Assembly: GCA_902523885.1 (NCBI GenBank) | Contig: CABZAV010000002.1 | Coordinates: 4,923-68,922 of the forward strand | Source: an uncultured SAR86 cluster bacterium | GTDB taxonomy: Bacteria; Pseudomonadota; Gammaproteobacteria; Magnimaribacterales; AG-339-G14 | Direction: 5' to 3' | Length of the DNA stretch: 64,000 nt | Part shown: piece by piece, positions 38,450-49,605 of the stretch | Layout of the letters: each line of letters opens with the position of its first letter | How positions within the stretch are numbered: the stretch's first letter is position 1 | Translations under genes and position numbers: made by a program | The notes under the pieces: model-generated | Databases searched by the model: none | Told to the model about the DNA's origin: nothing | What the model saw: the letters and a program-made list of their open reading frames with translations, nothing else

Positions 38450-40796
38450 CAGGCCCAGGCGCTAAAACCTCTCTATTTCCATTTGAATTCATCTCGCTAA
38501 CAAGGCCAGCTGTTTCCATTGTTTCTATCAAGCGAGCTGCTCTATTATAACCTATTCTAAATTTTCTCTGGACTGCTGATATAGACGCTCTTCTGGATTC
38601 AACCACAAAAGCAACTGCTTGGTCGTAGAATTCATCTTTTTCCGAATTATCTTCATGGGAATCTGTGCCATCTGCGACCTCGGGAGCTTTTGTAACTTCA
38701 TCTAAATAATTCACCGTTTCTTTATCCTTCCAGTCTTTCACAACTCTTATTATTTCTTCTTCTCCAACAAAAGCACCATGAACTCTAAGAGGAATGGAAG
38801 TTCCAGATCCAACGTAAAGCATATCTCCCTTTCCCAAAAGCTGCTCCGCTCCGACTTGATCTAGAACAACTCTAGAATCCATTGATGAAGCAACATTAAA
38901 GGCCATTCTGGCAGAAATGTTTGCCTTAATTAAACCGGTAATAACGTCAACAGAAGGTCTTTGAGTTGCTAGCAACATATGTATTCCTGCAGCTCTCGCT
39001 TTTTGGGCTAATCTAGCAATTAATTGTTCAACTTTTTTTCCAACAACCATCATTAAATCAGCAAGCTCATCAACAGCTATTACTATTTGGGGTAATTCAG
39101 TCAAATCAGGAATATCGTTTTCTGTAATACCTTTATCTTCGTCTATTTTCATTGTTGGATCCTTAATTGGATTACCATCAGCAATAGCTTTGTTTACTTT
39201 TGAATTGAAACCGCCTAGGTTTCTTACTGATAACGCAGACATAAGTTTGTATCTTCTTTCCATTTCATTTACACACCATCTTAGTCCATATGCTGCCTCA
39301 GACATATCTGTTATCACCGGACAAAGCAAATGGGGTAAATCTTCATAAACTGAAAGTTCCAACATTTTAGGATCGATCAAAACTAATTTAACTTCTTGAG
39401 GGTTTGCTTTGTAGAGGATACTCATCAACATTGAATTAAGGGCTACTGACTTTCCTGATCCAGTAGTTCCGGCTATTAATAAGTGTGGTAGTGAGGCCAG
39501 GTCTTCTAATACGGGTTTGCCTTCAATATCTTTTCCGTAAGCTAGAGTTAAAGGACTTTTGGCATCTTCAAATTCTTTCGAAGCAATAACTTCTCCTAAC
39601 ATAACGCTTTCTCTATCAGCATTTGGAATTTCAACTCCAATGGTCTCTCTCCCTTCAATCACTTCGACTATTCTTATACTGCCTACTCCCAATGAACGAG
39701 CCAAATCTTTATTTAGATTTGAAACCATTGAAACTTTTATACCCTTTGGCAGTTCAACTTCAAATCTAGTCACCACAGGACCGCGCATAGTTTCTCTTAC
39801 AATTGCATATTCACCTTCAGGACCGGTTACTTTGAATTCTGCTAGCTTAGTAATTAACGCTTCTTTCAAAATATCCAATTCATAAAGTTGTTGAGAAGAC
39901 ATTTCTTTATTGTTTTCTTTTCTTTCATCCAGTAAAGAAATTTTTGGCATCTCACCAGGGATTTTCTTTTCAAATAACTCTTCTTGCTTTTCTAAAATTA
40001 CTTTCTTGCCCTCAGGTATTTTAGACTCGGCCTTCTTTATTTCAGGTTTTGGCATCGATCTTATTTTTGACTTGTGTTCATTAAGAAATTCTTGCCTATT
40101 TTTCTTTTCTCTACTTTTCGCTATTTTTTCTTTCAAAGAAGAAAAGCTTTCTTTCGATATTTTATTAAGATAAAAAATAAAGTTTATAAACCTATCTTTT
40201 AAAACTGATATCAAATCTTGCCAGTGCAAATTAACTAATAAACTCAAACTAACCATAAAGAAAAAAGCTCCAACAATGGTTGTGCCAACTGAGCTTAGGT
40301 AAGGCAAAGTAGCTTCTGACAAATAACTCCCAAAAATTCCAGCTGAAGTTTTCGGGAAGTAGTTGCTGTAAGGATCTATATGCAGGCTAACTAAAAGAGA
40401 AACCGAAAAACAGAGAATAATAAATCCAAAAAAAGTAAAAAGCCCAGATTTAACTTGCGCCTCAGAATCTAAACCATCAGTTTTTTTTAAATAATAATTG
40501 AGAGGATTAATGAAAAGAACTAACGAGATTATCCAAGCAGTAAGTCCTAAAAAAGAATATAGAAAGCTACTTATCCAAGCGCCTACAAGACCAATACTAT
40601 TTCTAACAGAAACATCTATAGATTCTCTCCATTGAAAATCATTAATTGAATATGTCAACAAAGATAGGCTTAGAATTATTCCTGATAACAATTGAAATAA
40701 AACGAAGAGGTCTAAGAGAAGCTTCTTTGTTGAAGAACTCACTTGGAATCTGGCTTTTACAGATTCAGAAATCGAAGATGTTTTCTTTTTATTCAA
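38439..40796 (-). CDS. ftsK: DNA translocase FtsK
   Basis: N-terminal TM domain, motor Walker A GTTGSGKS, and C-terminal gamma domain RKFRIGYNRAARLIE. Confidence 0.95.
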   Translation of the reverse strand: MNKKKTSSISESVKARFQVSSSTKKLLLDLFVLFQLLSGIILSLSLLTYSINDFQWRESIDVSVRNSIGLVGAWISSFLYSFLGLTAWIISLVLFINPLNYYLKKTDGLDSEAQVKSGLFTFFGFIILCFSVSLLVSLHIDPYSNYFPKTSAGIFGSYLSEATLPYLSSVGTTIVGAFFFMVSLSLLVNLHWQDLISVLKDRFINFIFYLNKISKESFSSLKEKIAKSREKKNRQEFLNEHKSKIRSMPKPEIKKAESKIPEGKKVILEKQEELFEKKIPGEMPKISLLDERKENNKEMSSQQLYELDILKEALITKLAEFKVTGPEGEYAIVRETMRGPVVTRFEVELPKGIKVSMVSNLNKDLARSLGVGSIRIVEVIEGRETIGVEIPNADRESVMLGEVIASKEFEDAKSPLTLAYGKDIEGKPVLEDLASLPHLLIAGTTGSGKSVALNSMLMSILYKANPQEVKLVLIDPKMLELSVYEDLPHLLCPVITDMSEAAYGLRWCVNEMERRYKLMSALSVRNLGGFNSKVNKAIADGNPIKDPTMKIDEDKGITENDIPDLTELPQIVIAVDELADLMMVVGKKVEQLIARLAQKARAAGIHMLLATQRPSVDVITGLIKANISARMAFNVASSMDSRVVLDQVGAEQLLGKGDMLYVGSGTSIPLRVHGAFVGEEEIIRVVKDWKDKETVNYLDEVTKAPEVADGTDSHEDNSEKDEFYDQAVAFVVESRRASISAVQRKFRIGYNRAARLIETMETAGLVSEMNSNGNREVLAPGPDAE

Positions 40797-40835
40797 AAAA
40801 TTTAAGAATATTATTCTGCATTATAGCTATGTAAG

Positions 40836-40841
40836 TATAAT
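40836..40841 (+). promoter_or_regulatory. Possible -10 box (TATAAT) for trxB
   Basis: Perfect TATAAT 28 nt before the trxB ATG. I see no convincing -35. Confidence 0.3.
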
Positions 40842-40866
40842 AGAGTTAAATTTATCTTTCTTTTAA

Positions 40867-41796
<930 letters not shown>

Positions 41797-41808
41797 ATTA
41801 AATCTACA

Positions 41809-42537
41809 ATGATTAAAAAGAATATTTATAAAAATATTTCAATCTCAAAAAAAACTAATACATGCCATATTTCTTTAGATAACCCTAAAAAGTTAAATGC
41901 TCTAAGTTCAGCCACTTTAAGAGAAATTTCTAGCGCTTGCGATGAAATCGCTTTGAATAAAAAAATTAAAATAGTAGTCATTTCTTCTACATCAAAAAAT
42001 TTTTCTGCTGGAGCTGATTTAACGGAAATAGAAAAAAATAAAACCATTGAAGATTATTGGCACGAAAATTATGGGAGAAAGTGCATAAACTCCATCTTGA
42101 ATTTGCCGCAATTATCTATCTGCCTGATTGAGGGTTATTGTCTCGGAGGCGGCGCAGTCATTGCATCTGCTTGTGATTTCAGGATAGCTGAAGAAAATTC
42201 CTTAATTGGCTACCCAGAAATAGAACTCGGTATGAATCTGAGCTGGTTTGGTTTACCTCTTGCTATAAGTTGTTTAGGTCTATCGGAAGCAAAACATGTA
42301 GTTTTAAGTGGCAAAAAATTTGATGCTCTAGAAATGAAGAATAAAGGATTTTTAAATGAAACCTTCGATTTAGAAAATAAAAATAGGTGTTTAAAAAAAT
42401 GGATTAGTAAATTTAAGAAAATGCCGAGATTACAACTAAAAATGATTAAAAAAAGTGCAAACGAATTAGCTTTTACCCATGCTAAATCTGTAATGCATAT
42501 GGAATTTGATCAGTTTTTGTTATCTAGAAATATTTAA
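41809..42537 (+). CDS. Enoyl-CoA hydratase/isomerase (crotonase) family protein
   Basis: FSAGADLTEI and GYCLGGG crotonase motifs. Confidence 0.8.
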   Translation: MIKKNIYKNISISKKTNTCHISLDNPKKLNALSSATLREISSACDEIALNKKIKIVVISSTSKNFSAGADLTEIEKNKTIEDYWHENYGRKCINSILNLPQLSICLIEGYCLGGGAVIASACDFRIAEENSLIGYPEIELGMNLSWFGLPLAISCLGLSEAKHVVLSGKKFDALEMKNKGFLNETFDLENKNRCLKKWISKFKKMPRLQLKMIKKSANELAFTHAKSVMHMEFDQFLLSRNI

Positions 42538-43511
42538 AAATTATCTAATCTAGACTTAGCATCTTCGTATTCGGAAACCATTTGATCTACCGCAGTCTGA
42601 ACAGACGGAGCATTTTTGATTGAACCAATTCCTTGTCCAGATCCCCAAATGTCTTTCCAGGCTTTGGAAGAATTGTCTTTTTTTGCGATTGCAGAAGTGC
42701 TGAAATTCATATCTTCTTTGCTTCCAGAAGTATGCTCCTCTGGATTCAAACCAGCTGCCTCAACACTTGGCCGCAAATAATTACCGTTCACCCCAGTAAA
42801 AGTTGCAGAATACATAATGTCATCTGCAGTGCTATCTATGATCATCTGCTTATACCCAGGAGAAGCATTGGCTTCTTCTGTTGCAATAAACTTGGTTCCA
42901 ACATAAGCAAAATCTGCCCCAAGAGCTAATGCTGATAGAACCGATGATCCTTCTGAAATACTTCCAGAAAGAGCAATGGGGCCATCAAAGAATTCTCTTA
43001 CTTCTCTCACCAAAGCAAATGGACTTAATGTACCAGCATGTCCTCCGGCACCTGCACATACTAAAATTAGTCCATCGGCGCCTTCTGACAAAGCTTTTTT
43101 TGCATGTCTAATATTTATAACATCGTGCATAACCACCCCGCCATAACTATGTACCGCTTCGGTCACGAATTTTGGCGCTCTTAAGCTAGTAATGATTATT
43201 GGCACTTTGTGTTTAACACAAACTTCCATGTCGTGTTCTAAGCGATCATTTGAACTGTGACAAATTTGATTTACTGCAAAAGGCGCAACTTTTTTTTCAG
43301 GGTTTACTTTTTTGTATTCTTCTAATTCTTTGGAAATTTTTTCAATCCATACTTCTAGTTGATCTGCAGGTCTTGCGTTTAAAGCAGGGAAAGATCCAAC
43401 TATTCCAGCCTTACATTGTGCGATCACCAGTTCGGGATAAGAGACAGTAAATAGTGGAGCCCCAATGACAGGAATTCGTGTGTTGTCTTTTAAAAGTTGT
43501 CTTATATCCAT
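42534..43511 (-). CDS. Nitronate monooxygenase / NAD(P)H-dependent flavin oxidoreductase family protein
   Basis: TIM-barrel FMN-enzyme pattern: PVIGAPL, GADGLILVCAGAGGH, GADFAYVGT. Confidence 0.85.
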   Translation of the reverse strand: MDIRQLLKDNTRIPVIGAPLFTVSYPELVIAQCKAGIVGSFPALNARPADQLEVWIEKISKELEEYKKVNPEKKVAPFAVNQICHSSNDRLEHDMEVCVKHKVPIIITSLRAPKFVTEAVHSYGGVVMHDVINIRHAKKALSEGADGLILVCAGAGGHAGTLSPFALVREVREFFDGPIALSGSISEGSSVLSALALGADFAYVGTKFIATEEANASPGYKQMIIDSTADDIMYSATFTGVNGNYLRPSVEAAGLNPEEHTSGSKEDMNFSTSAIAKKDNSSKAWKDIWGSGQGIGSIKNAPSVQTAVDQMVSEYEDAKSRLDNF

Positions 43512-43642
43512 TATTGAGATGCGACCCAGAAAACAACCATAGCTGTAACTGTCAACATGATAATTACCGCAACTAAAGCATCAACTTTACTATCAGCCTC
43601 GGCTGCTTTTTCATCAAATTTTGTTTCTTGATTGTCTTCCAT
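43511..43642 (-). CDS. Possible 43-aa single-TM micro-protein
   Basis: My translation is MEDNQETKFDEKAAEADSKVDALVAVIIMLTVTAMVVFWVASQ. The ATG lies 2 nt after the upstream stop. Its TAA overlaps the next ATG (TAATG). It is below the ORF-track length cutoff. Confidence 0.4.
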   Translation of the reverse strand: MEDNQETKFDEKAAEADSKVDALVAVIIMLTVTAMVVFWVASQ

Positions 43643-43644
43643 GA

Positions 43645-44628
43645 TTAATTTTTTAATCTAACTCTACCGACTTGTTGGCCCTTAAGAATTTTATCTATTT
43701 CAAAAGACAACTCTTCAAGTCCAACGTCTTTTATTTGATCGTTAATTTTTTCTAATTTCCAATCCGTTGCGAAATTATTCCATATTTCTTTTTTTACATC
43801 TATTAAAGTTTCTGCTGAATCAATCCCTAACAAAGAAAGTCCTCTCAGAATAAATGGGAAAATACTGGTGTTTAAATTAACTCCACCCACCATGCCGCAA
43901 CATGCTATTGCCGCTCTTTGATGAGTGGCTGTAATCAGGTTGGATAAAATGTCACTTCCAACCGCATCTACACCACCTGCCCATCTTGGTTTCGCTAAAG
44001 GACTTTTCATATCTCCTTCAAATTCAGACCTATTTACAACCTCTGTAGCGCCTAATGACAAGAGAAGATCTGCTTCCGTCTCTTTACCAGTTATTGCTAC
44101 AACTTCAAATCCAAGTTTTGCCAAAAGCATAACCGCTACAATTCCTACTCCTCCAGTTGCGCCGGTAACAAAAACCTCTCCATCTTTTGGTTTTATTCCG
44201 CTGAATAATATTTTTCTAACGCATAAACCAGCAGTCAAGCCAGCAGTTCCGTAAGCCATGGATTCTTCTAAGTCAAAATTATCTGGTTTTTTAACAATCC
44301 ATTCCTTAGGAACTCTAATGTATTCAGAAAAACCACCAGAAGTATTCATACCCAAATCGTATCCAGTAACGATAACTTCGTCTCCTGCTAAAAATTCATC
44401 TGAATTTGATTCCTCAACTATACCGGCAGCATCAATACCTGGAGAATGAGGATAATTTCTTGATACCCCTTTATTTCCAGAGGCGGAAAGAGCATCTTTG
44501 TAATTTAAAGAAGAGAATAAAACTTTGATTAAAACGTCTCCTTCAGGAAGATCTTCCAAAGATCTTTCTATGACGTTTGAAACAAAACCTTTTTTGGTTT
44601 CTTCTGTTACGAAAGCTTTAAAATTCAT
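43645..44628 (-). CDS. YhdH/AcuI-family NADPH-dependent quinone / acrylyl-CoA reductase
   Basis: MDR-superfamily pattern SSLNYKDALS and GATGGVG. 327 aa. Confidence 0.85.
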   Translation of the reverse strand: MNFKAFVTEETKKGFVSNVIERSLEDLPEGDVLIKVLFSSLNYKDALSASGNKGVSRNYPHSPGIDAAGIVEESNSDEFLAGDEVIVTGYDLGMNTSGGFSEYIRVPKEWIVKKPDNFDLEESMAYGTAGLTAGLCVRKILFSGIKPKDGEVFVTGATGGVGIVAVMLLAKLGFEVVAITGKETEADLLLSLGATEVVNRSEFEGDMKSPLAKPRWAGGVDAVGSDILSNLITATHQRAAIACCGMVGGVNLNTSIFPFILRGLSLLGIDSAETLIDVKKEIWNNFATDWKLEKINDQIKDVGLEELSFEIDKILKGQQVGRVRLKN

Positions 44629-44844
44629 AAGTAAAATTCAAAAACACATTTAACATTAAATAAAAAAAATAAGATACTTTAAGTTTGATTTTGCGTTAAA
44701 TCAGCACAAGCTTTGAAAGAAATTACCACACATGCACTTAAATTGAACATAAGTTGATAAATATTTAAAAATTTACAAAATTTAAGGTTATAAATAATCC
44801 GGTTTAATTAACTTTTATTTATTAATTAATAAACAGGAGATGTA

Positions 44845-45501
44845 ATGAATAAACTTAAACTATTAATAGTTAGTATTTCTCTTATTCTCGCTTCAGGAAT
44901 AGCTTCGGCAGCTTCGATATCTGCTAACGCTACTCTACAAAGTGATTACACATGGAGAGGAATGACTCAAAATTTAGGTGACGGCTCTGTAAATGGCGGA
45001 CTTGATATTGAGTTTGATTCGGGTTTCTATGTTGGTTCATGGGCTGCAAGTGTAGCCGACGGTTCCGAAGTAGATTACTACGCTGGTTACGCTGGTTCTG
45101 CTGGTGATATCGGTTATGACATTGGATATGTCAAATTTGATTATCCTAAGACACAAGGTGGAGTTGCAGACTTCGAAGAACTTTATATTGGTGTAGATCT
45201 TCCAATGGGTATTGGAATATCCTACGCTTCTGGAGAAAAAGCCTTCGACGAAACTGTAAGTGAAGGATTTGGTATTTCAGATAATATTGAAGTATCTTAC
45301 GGTTTTGACTTAGGAGAAGGTTCTGTAGGACTTTCATATGGAGAATATGATGATTTTGGAGATTACTTTTATATCACATATGGATTTGACTTCATGGATT
45401 TTGCTATAACACTAGGTTATACGGAATTCTCTGACGACACTTCCTCTGCTCTTATGCCAGATGATGAAGACGCTTTCTTCATTGATATCGGTATTTTATA
45501 A
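44845..45501 (+). CDS. Outer-membrane beta-barrel protein, Gcw_chp (TIGR02001-like) family, paralogue 1
   Basis: Signal peptide, SDYTWRGMTQ and GFYVGSWAASV motifs, SD AGGAG. Confidence 0.7.
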   Translation: MNKLKLLIVSISLILASGIASAASISANATLQSDYTWRGMTQNLGDGSVNGGLDIEFDSGFYVGSWAASVADGSEVDYYAGYAGSAGDIGYDIGYVKFDYPKTQGGVADFEELYIGVDLPMGIGISYASGEKAFDETVSEGFGISDNIEVSYGFDLGEGSVGLSYGEYDDFGDYFYITYGFDFMDFAITLGYTEFSDDTSSALMPDDEDAFFIDIGIL

Positions 45502-45522
45502 GTACTTTTTCATATTACCTTT

Positions 45523-45552
45523 AAAAACCCCCTTATTCTTAGGGGGTTTTTT
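45523..45552 (+). terminator. Intrinsic terminator
   Basis: AAAACCCCC-TTATTCTT-AGGGGGTTTTTT. Confidence 0.8.
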
Positions 45553-45722
45553 ATAGAAATCTTCTAAATTCCACCAAATCTAATTTTTTCTTGCACCATT
45601 TTATTGCATATTTACTTGCAGACTACTTAAAAAAGGTATAAACCCCATAAAAACTGAATCGTTTTATTTGAATTATTATGTTTTAATGACGACTTATTTA
45701 TAAATTTATAAATGGAGAAGAT

Positions 45723-46373
45723 ATGAATAAACTAAAATTAACGTTAATTGGTTTAGCTCTAGTATTTGTTTCCACACTTACTAATGCTGTTTCTATCTCT
45801 GGTAATGCGGCTATTCAAACCGACTATATCTGGAGAGGGATGACTCAAAACGACGGAGAAACATCTGTTAATGTTGGCTTAGATGCTGACTTAGGCGGTG
45901 GTTTCTATGTTGGTACTTGGGCAGCAACTGTGGACTTCAGTAACGGCAATACTTTAGAACATGACTACTATGGTGGTTATGCCTTTGAACTGGGCGGTAT
46001 TGGTGTAGATATAGGTGCAATCCAAGTAACTTATAATGGAACTGACGATATAGATTTCTCAGAAAATTATATTGCTTTGTCTCTTCCTATGAATGTTGGC
46101 CTTCATTATTCTGAAGGTGACGAGTTAGGAGACTATGCAGAAATAAGTTGGGGCATGGATGTTGGTGCTGGTTCTTTTTCAATTGCATATGGAGATATGG
46201 ATGATGCAAGTTCAACTGCAGCGTCTGATGCTGGAACTCACACTACTCTCGGTTACAGCATGCCCGCTGGTGACTTTACTGTAGATATTTCATATAGCGA
46301 CTTTAATGGAAATACTAACGCTATAGGATCTAAAGCAGATGACGAATCTGTTGCTATAACAATAAGCATGTAA
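45723..46373 (+). CDS. Outer-membrane beta-barrel protein, Gcw_chp family, paralogue 2
   Basis: Signal peptide, TDYIWRGMTQ and GFYVGTWAATV motifs, SD GGAG. Confidence 0.7.
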   Translation: MNKLKLTLIGLALVFVSTLTNAVSISGNAAIQTDYIWRGMTQNDGETSVNVGLDADLGGGFYVGTWAATVDFSNGNTLEHDYYGGYAFELGGIGVDIGAIQVTYNGTDDIDFSENYIALSLPMNVGLHYSEGDELGDYAEISWGMDVGAGSFSIAYGDMDDASSTAASDAGTHTTLGYSMPAGDFTVDISYSDFNGNTNAIGSKADDESVAITISM

Positions 46374-46392
46374 GATTGTCATTAGACTTAAT

Positions 46393-46421
46393 AAAAAACC
46401 TCTCTTCGGAGAGGTTTTTTT
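46393..46421. terminator. Bidirectional intrinsic terminator between convergent genes
   Basis: AAAAACCTCTC-TTCG-GAGAGGTTTTTTT. It overlaps the stop codon of the minus-strand hydrolase gene. Confidence 0.8.
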
Positions 46422-47388
46422 ATTCCTGATTTTTATTGATAAAATCGGATAGATATTTTCCTACTTCAGTAGGTTGTCGATATGTAATATCGTGAGTACC
46501 GTCTTTTATCTCTTTGAATATTATCTCTGGCACATCAAGTTTTAATTTTTCTAAGCCTGATATAGGGCAGACTCCATCTTGAGTGCCCCAAATAACTTGG
46601 GTATTAATTCTATCTAGTCCTATTTTTTTAAAAGCCTCTGAAGAATCTGTCATATTAAAATTTCTAGCCGTCGATAGTAAGGAATCAGTGAAGCCTTTGT
46701 ATAAAGTTTGCTGTAAAAAAAAATTTTCAAACTCTTTTTTGCCTATGGCCTTAGGATCGTCACTATGTTCTGTTTCAGATGCTGATATATTTTTATAAAT
46801 CAATGGAAAGGCTTTAAAAAAATAATCTCCAACTAGCGGCATCATGAACAACTTCATTGCCCAATGTGGCTTAGGAATATAACCAGCGGGTGCTACTAAA
46901 TTTAAAGTTTTAATTTTTTGTTTATTTCTGTGGGAGAACAAAGCAGAAATTGGACCACCCATAGAATAACCTATCAAATGAAGATCTTCAGAAACTTTTA
47001 ATAGTGTTAATAGTTCTTCCAAAGTATCTACATAGAAATTAATACTATATTTTTCTTTGGGACGATCAGAATACCCTCTGCCAAAATGATCATAAGATAA
47101 AACTCTTCTACCTGTTGAAAGCAAGTCTTCCATAATTCCATTCCAAACAAAACTTGGAGTTGAAAATCCATGAACCAATACAATTATCTCATCTGATAAT
47201 AATTCCTTAGGCTCATGCCAGCGATAAAATATTTTGCCTTTGCTCAGAGTCGCTTGATTTCCCTCAGAGGGAATTTTAATTTTATTAGGATTTTTTAATT
47301 TTAGTGTATTAAGAATGTAGGGAAAGCTTATTAAAACTATTACCGTGATAAAAATTGTTAATGCTGTTAAAGTCATAATGCTCCCCAC
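46420..47388 (-). CDS. Alpha/beta hydrolase with N-terminal membrane anchor
   Basis: HGF oxyanion region and nucleophile elbow GYSMGG. Confidence 0.8.
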   Translation of the reverse strand: MGSIMTLTALTIFITVIVLISFPYILNTLKLKNPNKIKIPSEGNQATLSKGKIFYRWHEPKELLSDEIIVLVHGFSTPSFVWNGIMEDLLSTGRRVLSYDHFGRGYSDRPKEKYSINFYVDTLEELLTLLKVSEDLHLIGYSMGGPISALFSHRNKQKIKTLNLVAPAGYIPKPHWAMKLFMMPLVGDYFFKAFPLIYKNISASETEHSDDPKAIGKKEFENFFLQQTLYKGFTDSLLSTARNFNMTDSSEAFKKIGLDRINTQVIWGTQDGVCPISGLEKLKLDVPEIIFKEIKDGTHDITYRQPTEVGKYLSDFINKNQE

Positions 47389-47413
47389 AAAAGATTATAT
47401 ATAAAAATTCTTT

Positions 47414-48139
47414 ATGAATTCTTTTTTAGATAGTGAATTTCAAGGTTTTGTCCATAGAGGTGATACTTCTGTTTTTTTAGAGAACACTATCGAAGCCTTT
47501 CAATCGGCTGTTTCTTCAGGTTATCAATATTTAGAAACAGATTTGAGAGAGACTGCTGATGGCAAAATAATAACTTTTCACGATCCTAACTTAAAAAGAA
47601 TCACTGGCGCTAACATAACAATAAGTGAAACTAGGTTTTCCGATATCAGAATGAGAAGATTGCCATCGAGAGAGACCATTCCAACTATTGACGAACTTTT
47701 AGAAGAATTTCCGGATTCTTTTTTTAATATGGATCTAAAAGTAAGTCATATTGAAGAAAAAGTTTTGAGAAAAATTAATTCACATAATGCATTAGAAAGA
47801 GTTTGCCTTGGCTCTTTTAATTCAAGAACAATAAAGAAAATTAATGCTTTGGAACCTAAAATTCTGACTTCGATGGGAGTATCACAAGTAGTAATTTATA
47901 AATTTTTTTGTAAAAAAAATAATTCTAGATTAATTCAAATCCCAACTAGTTGGAACGGCATTAAAGTGGTCACAAAAAAATTTATCGATAGGCTCCATGA
48001 AGATGGCTATAAGGTTCATGTCTGGACAATAAATAGCGAGTCGCAGATGCAAAGACTAATTGATTTGGGTGTTGATGGGATAATGACAGATAACGCGTCA
48101 GGTTTAATGAACGTTATGAGACAAAATAAACTTATCTAA
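47414..48139 (+). CDS. Glycerophosphodiester phosphodiesterase family protein
   Basis: HRGD, LETDLRET and FHD motifs. Confidence 0.8.
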   Translation: MNSFLDSEFQGFVHRGDTSVFLENTIEAFQSAVSSGYQYLETDLRETADGKIITFHDPNLKRITGANITISETRFSDIRMRRLPSRETIPTIDELLEEFPDSFFNMDLKVSHIEEKVLRKINSHNALERVCLGSFNSRTIKKINALEPKILTSMGVSQVVIYKFFCKKNNSRLIQIPTSWNGIKVVTKKFIDRLHEDGYKVHVWTINSESQMQRLIDLGVDGIMTDNASGLMNVMRQNKLI

Positions 48140-49391
48140 TTTTTGGAACCATCCATAAGACTAACAAGCCTGGTATAAATAAGAGCAATAAACTCAAGAT
48201 TCCAAAATCAGGATTGTCAAAAGTATATGCTACCCAACCAACCATAATAGGTCCAAAAACTACTGCAGATTTACCAACTAGATTGTAAAAGCCAAAAAAT
48301 TCTGCAGATTTTTCTGCCGGTATTAATTGAGAAAAAATAGTTCTACTTATAGATTGAACGCCTCCTTGAAAAAGACCAATAGTAGCTGCCAAAAAATAAA
48401 AACCTGAAATTTGGGTGATAAAAATACTAAATATGGTTACGAAAATATAACCAATAATTCCAATAGAAAGCATCAGTTTGAGACCAAACTTGTCTCCTAA
48501 AATTCCATAAATGATAGTAGCGGGAAATCCAACAAACTGAGTAATGATCAAAGCTAAAATCATATCAGATGCTTCTAATCCAATATCAGCTCCGTAAGCC
48601 AAAGCCATTCTAACTATGGTGTCTATGCCATCCATATAAAGCCAATAAGCTAAGAGAAATAAAGATAAGGTTCTATATTTTCTAATGTCTTTAAAAGTCG
48701 AAACTACCCTTTGCAAAGAGTGTATAAAAAGATTTGAAAATTCTATTGAGATGTTATTTTCTTTTTTTTCTCGAACGAATTTCAAAAGTGGCACTGAAAA
48801 GATACCCCACCAAATAGAAACACTTAAAAAAGAAAATAGCACAGCATCTGTTATTGACTTGATACCAAAAAATTCTGGATTTTGATACATCGCAACATTT
48901 AGCAAAAAAAGAAACCCTCCCCCCAAATATCCCAATGAATAACCTAGAGCAGAAACTCTGTTTCTGTTCTCATCTGATGAAACATTAATTATTAGAGAGT
49001 CATAAAAAACATTTCCTCCAGAAAATCCAATACAAGCAAATATATAAATTGACATTGCGGTAATCCACATTCCTTGAGCAATAAAAAAAAGCGAACCAGT
49101 TGCAATTATTCCAAGGAAGGCGAACAGTCCTAAAAAAAGTTTTTTCTTATTTGCTATATCTGCAAGAGCTCCTAAAAAAGGAGCAATACAAACAATTATC
49201 AATCCTGATATCGAATTTGCAGTTCCCAACCACGCAGAGCTTTCTGGACCAGATAAACCCCCAGCCCAAAAACTTTTAAAAAAAATTGGGAAAAATCCAG
49301 CCATTACTGTTGTGGCAAATGCAGAATTTGCCCAATCATAAAAAGCCCATGAAATAGTTTCTTTATTTAAATATTTTTTCTTAGAATTCAC
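48132..49391 (-). CDS. MFS transporter, UMF1/Atg22-like (GTG start)
   Basis: N-terminus SWAFYDWANSAF. About 12 TM helices. Confidence 0.8.
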   Translation of the reverse strand: MNSKKKYLNKETISWAFYDWANSAFATTVMAGFFPIFFKSFWAGGLSGPESSAWLGTANSISGLIIVCIAPFLGALADIANKKKLFLGLFAFLGIIATGSLFFIAQGMWITAMSIYIFACIGFSGGNVFYDSLIINVSSDENRNRVSALGYSLGYLGGGFLFLLNVAMYQNPEFFGIKSITDAVLFSFLSVSIWWGIFSVPLLKFVREKKENNISIEFSNLFIHSLQRVVSTFKDIRKYRTLSLFLLAYWLYMDGIDTIVRMALAYGADIGLEASDMILALIITQFVGFPATIIYGILGDKFGLKLMLSIGIIGYIFVTIFSIFITQISGFYFLAATIGLFQGGVQSISRTIFSQLIPAEKSAEFFGFYNLVGKSAVVFGPIMVGWVAYTFDNPDFGILSLLLLFIPGLLVLWMVPKIR

Positions 49392-49426
49392 TTTTTTTTT
49401 AAATTTTCTAAAGTATCATATGCTCC

Positions 49427-49594
49427 ATGTCAAAAGACCTTAATGACTCTCAAATTACAAAAAATTTAATTATTTTCTTTTTGGTTGTGGCGATTGTAAC
49501 AGTTGGCTTAGCTTATTTAGGAATTTATATTCAAGAGTCTGATTACAGAAAAAATATTGAAATAGAGACTAGAGAATCTCTCAAAGAAGACTAG
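49427..49594 (+). CDS. Possible 55-aa single-TM protein
   Basis: My translation is MSKDLNDSQITKNLIIFFLVVAIVTVGLAYLGIYIQESDYRKNIEIETRESLKED. It is the only ORF in a 214-bp gap. No SD. Confidence 0.3.
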   Translation: MSKDLNDSQITKNLIIFFLVVAIVTVGLAYLGIYIQESDYRKNIEIETRESLKED

Positions 49595-49605
49595 CTTTGA
49601 TTTAA

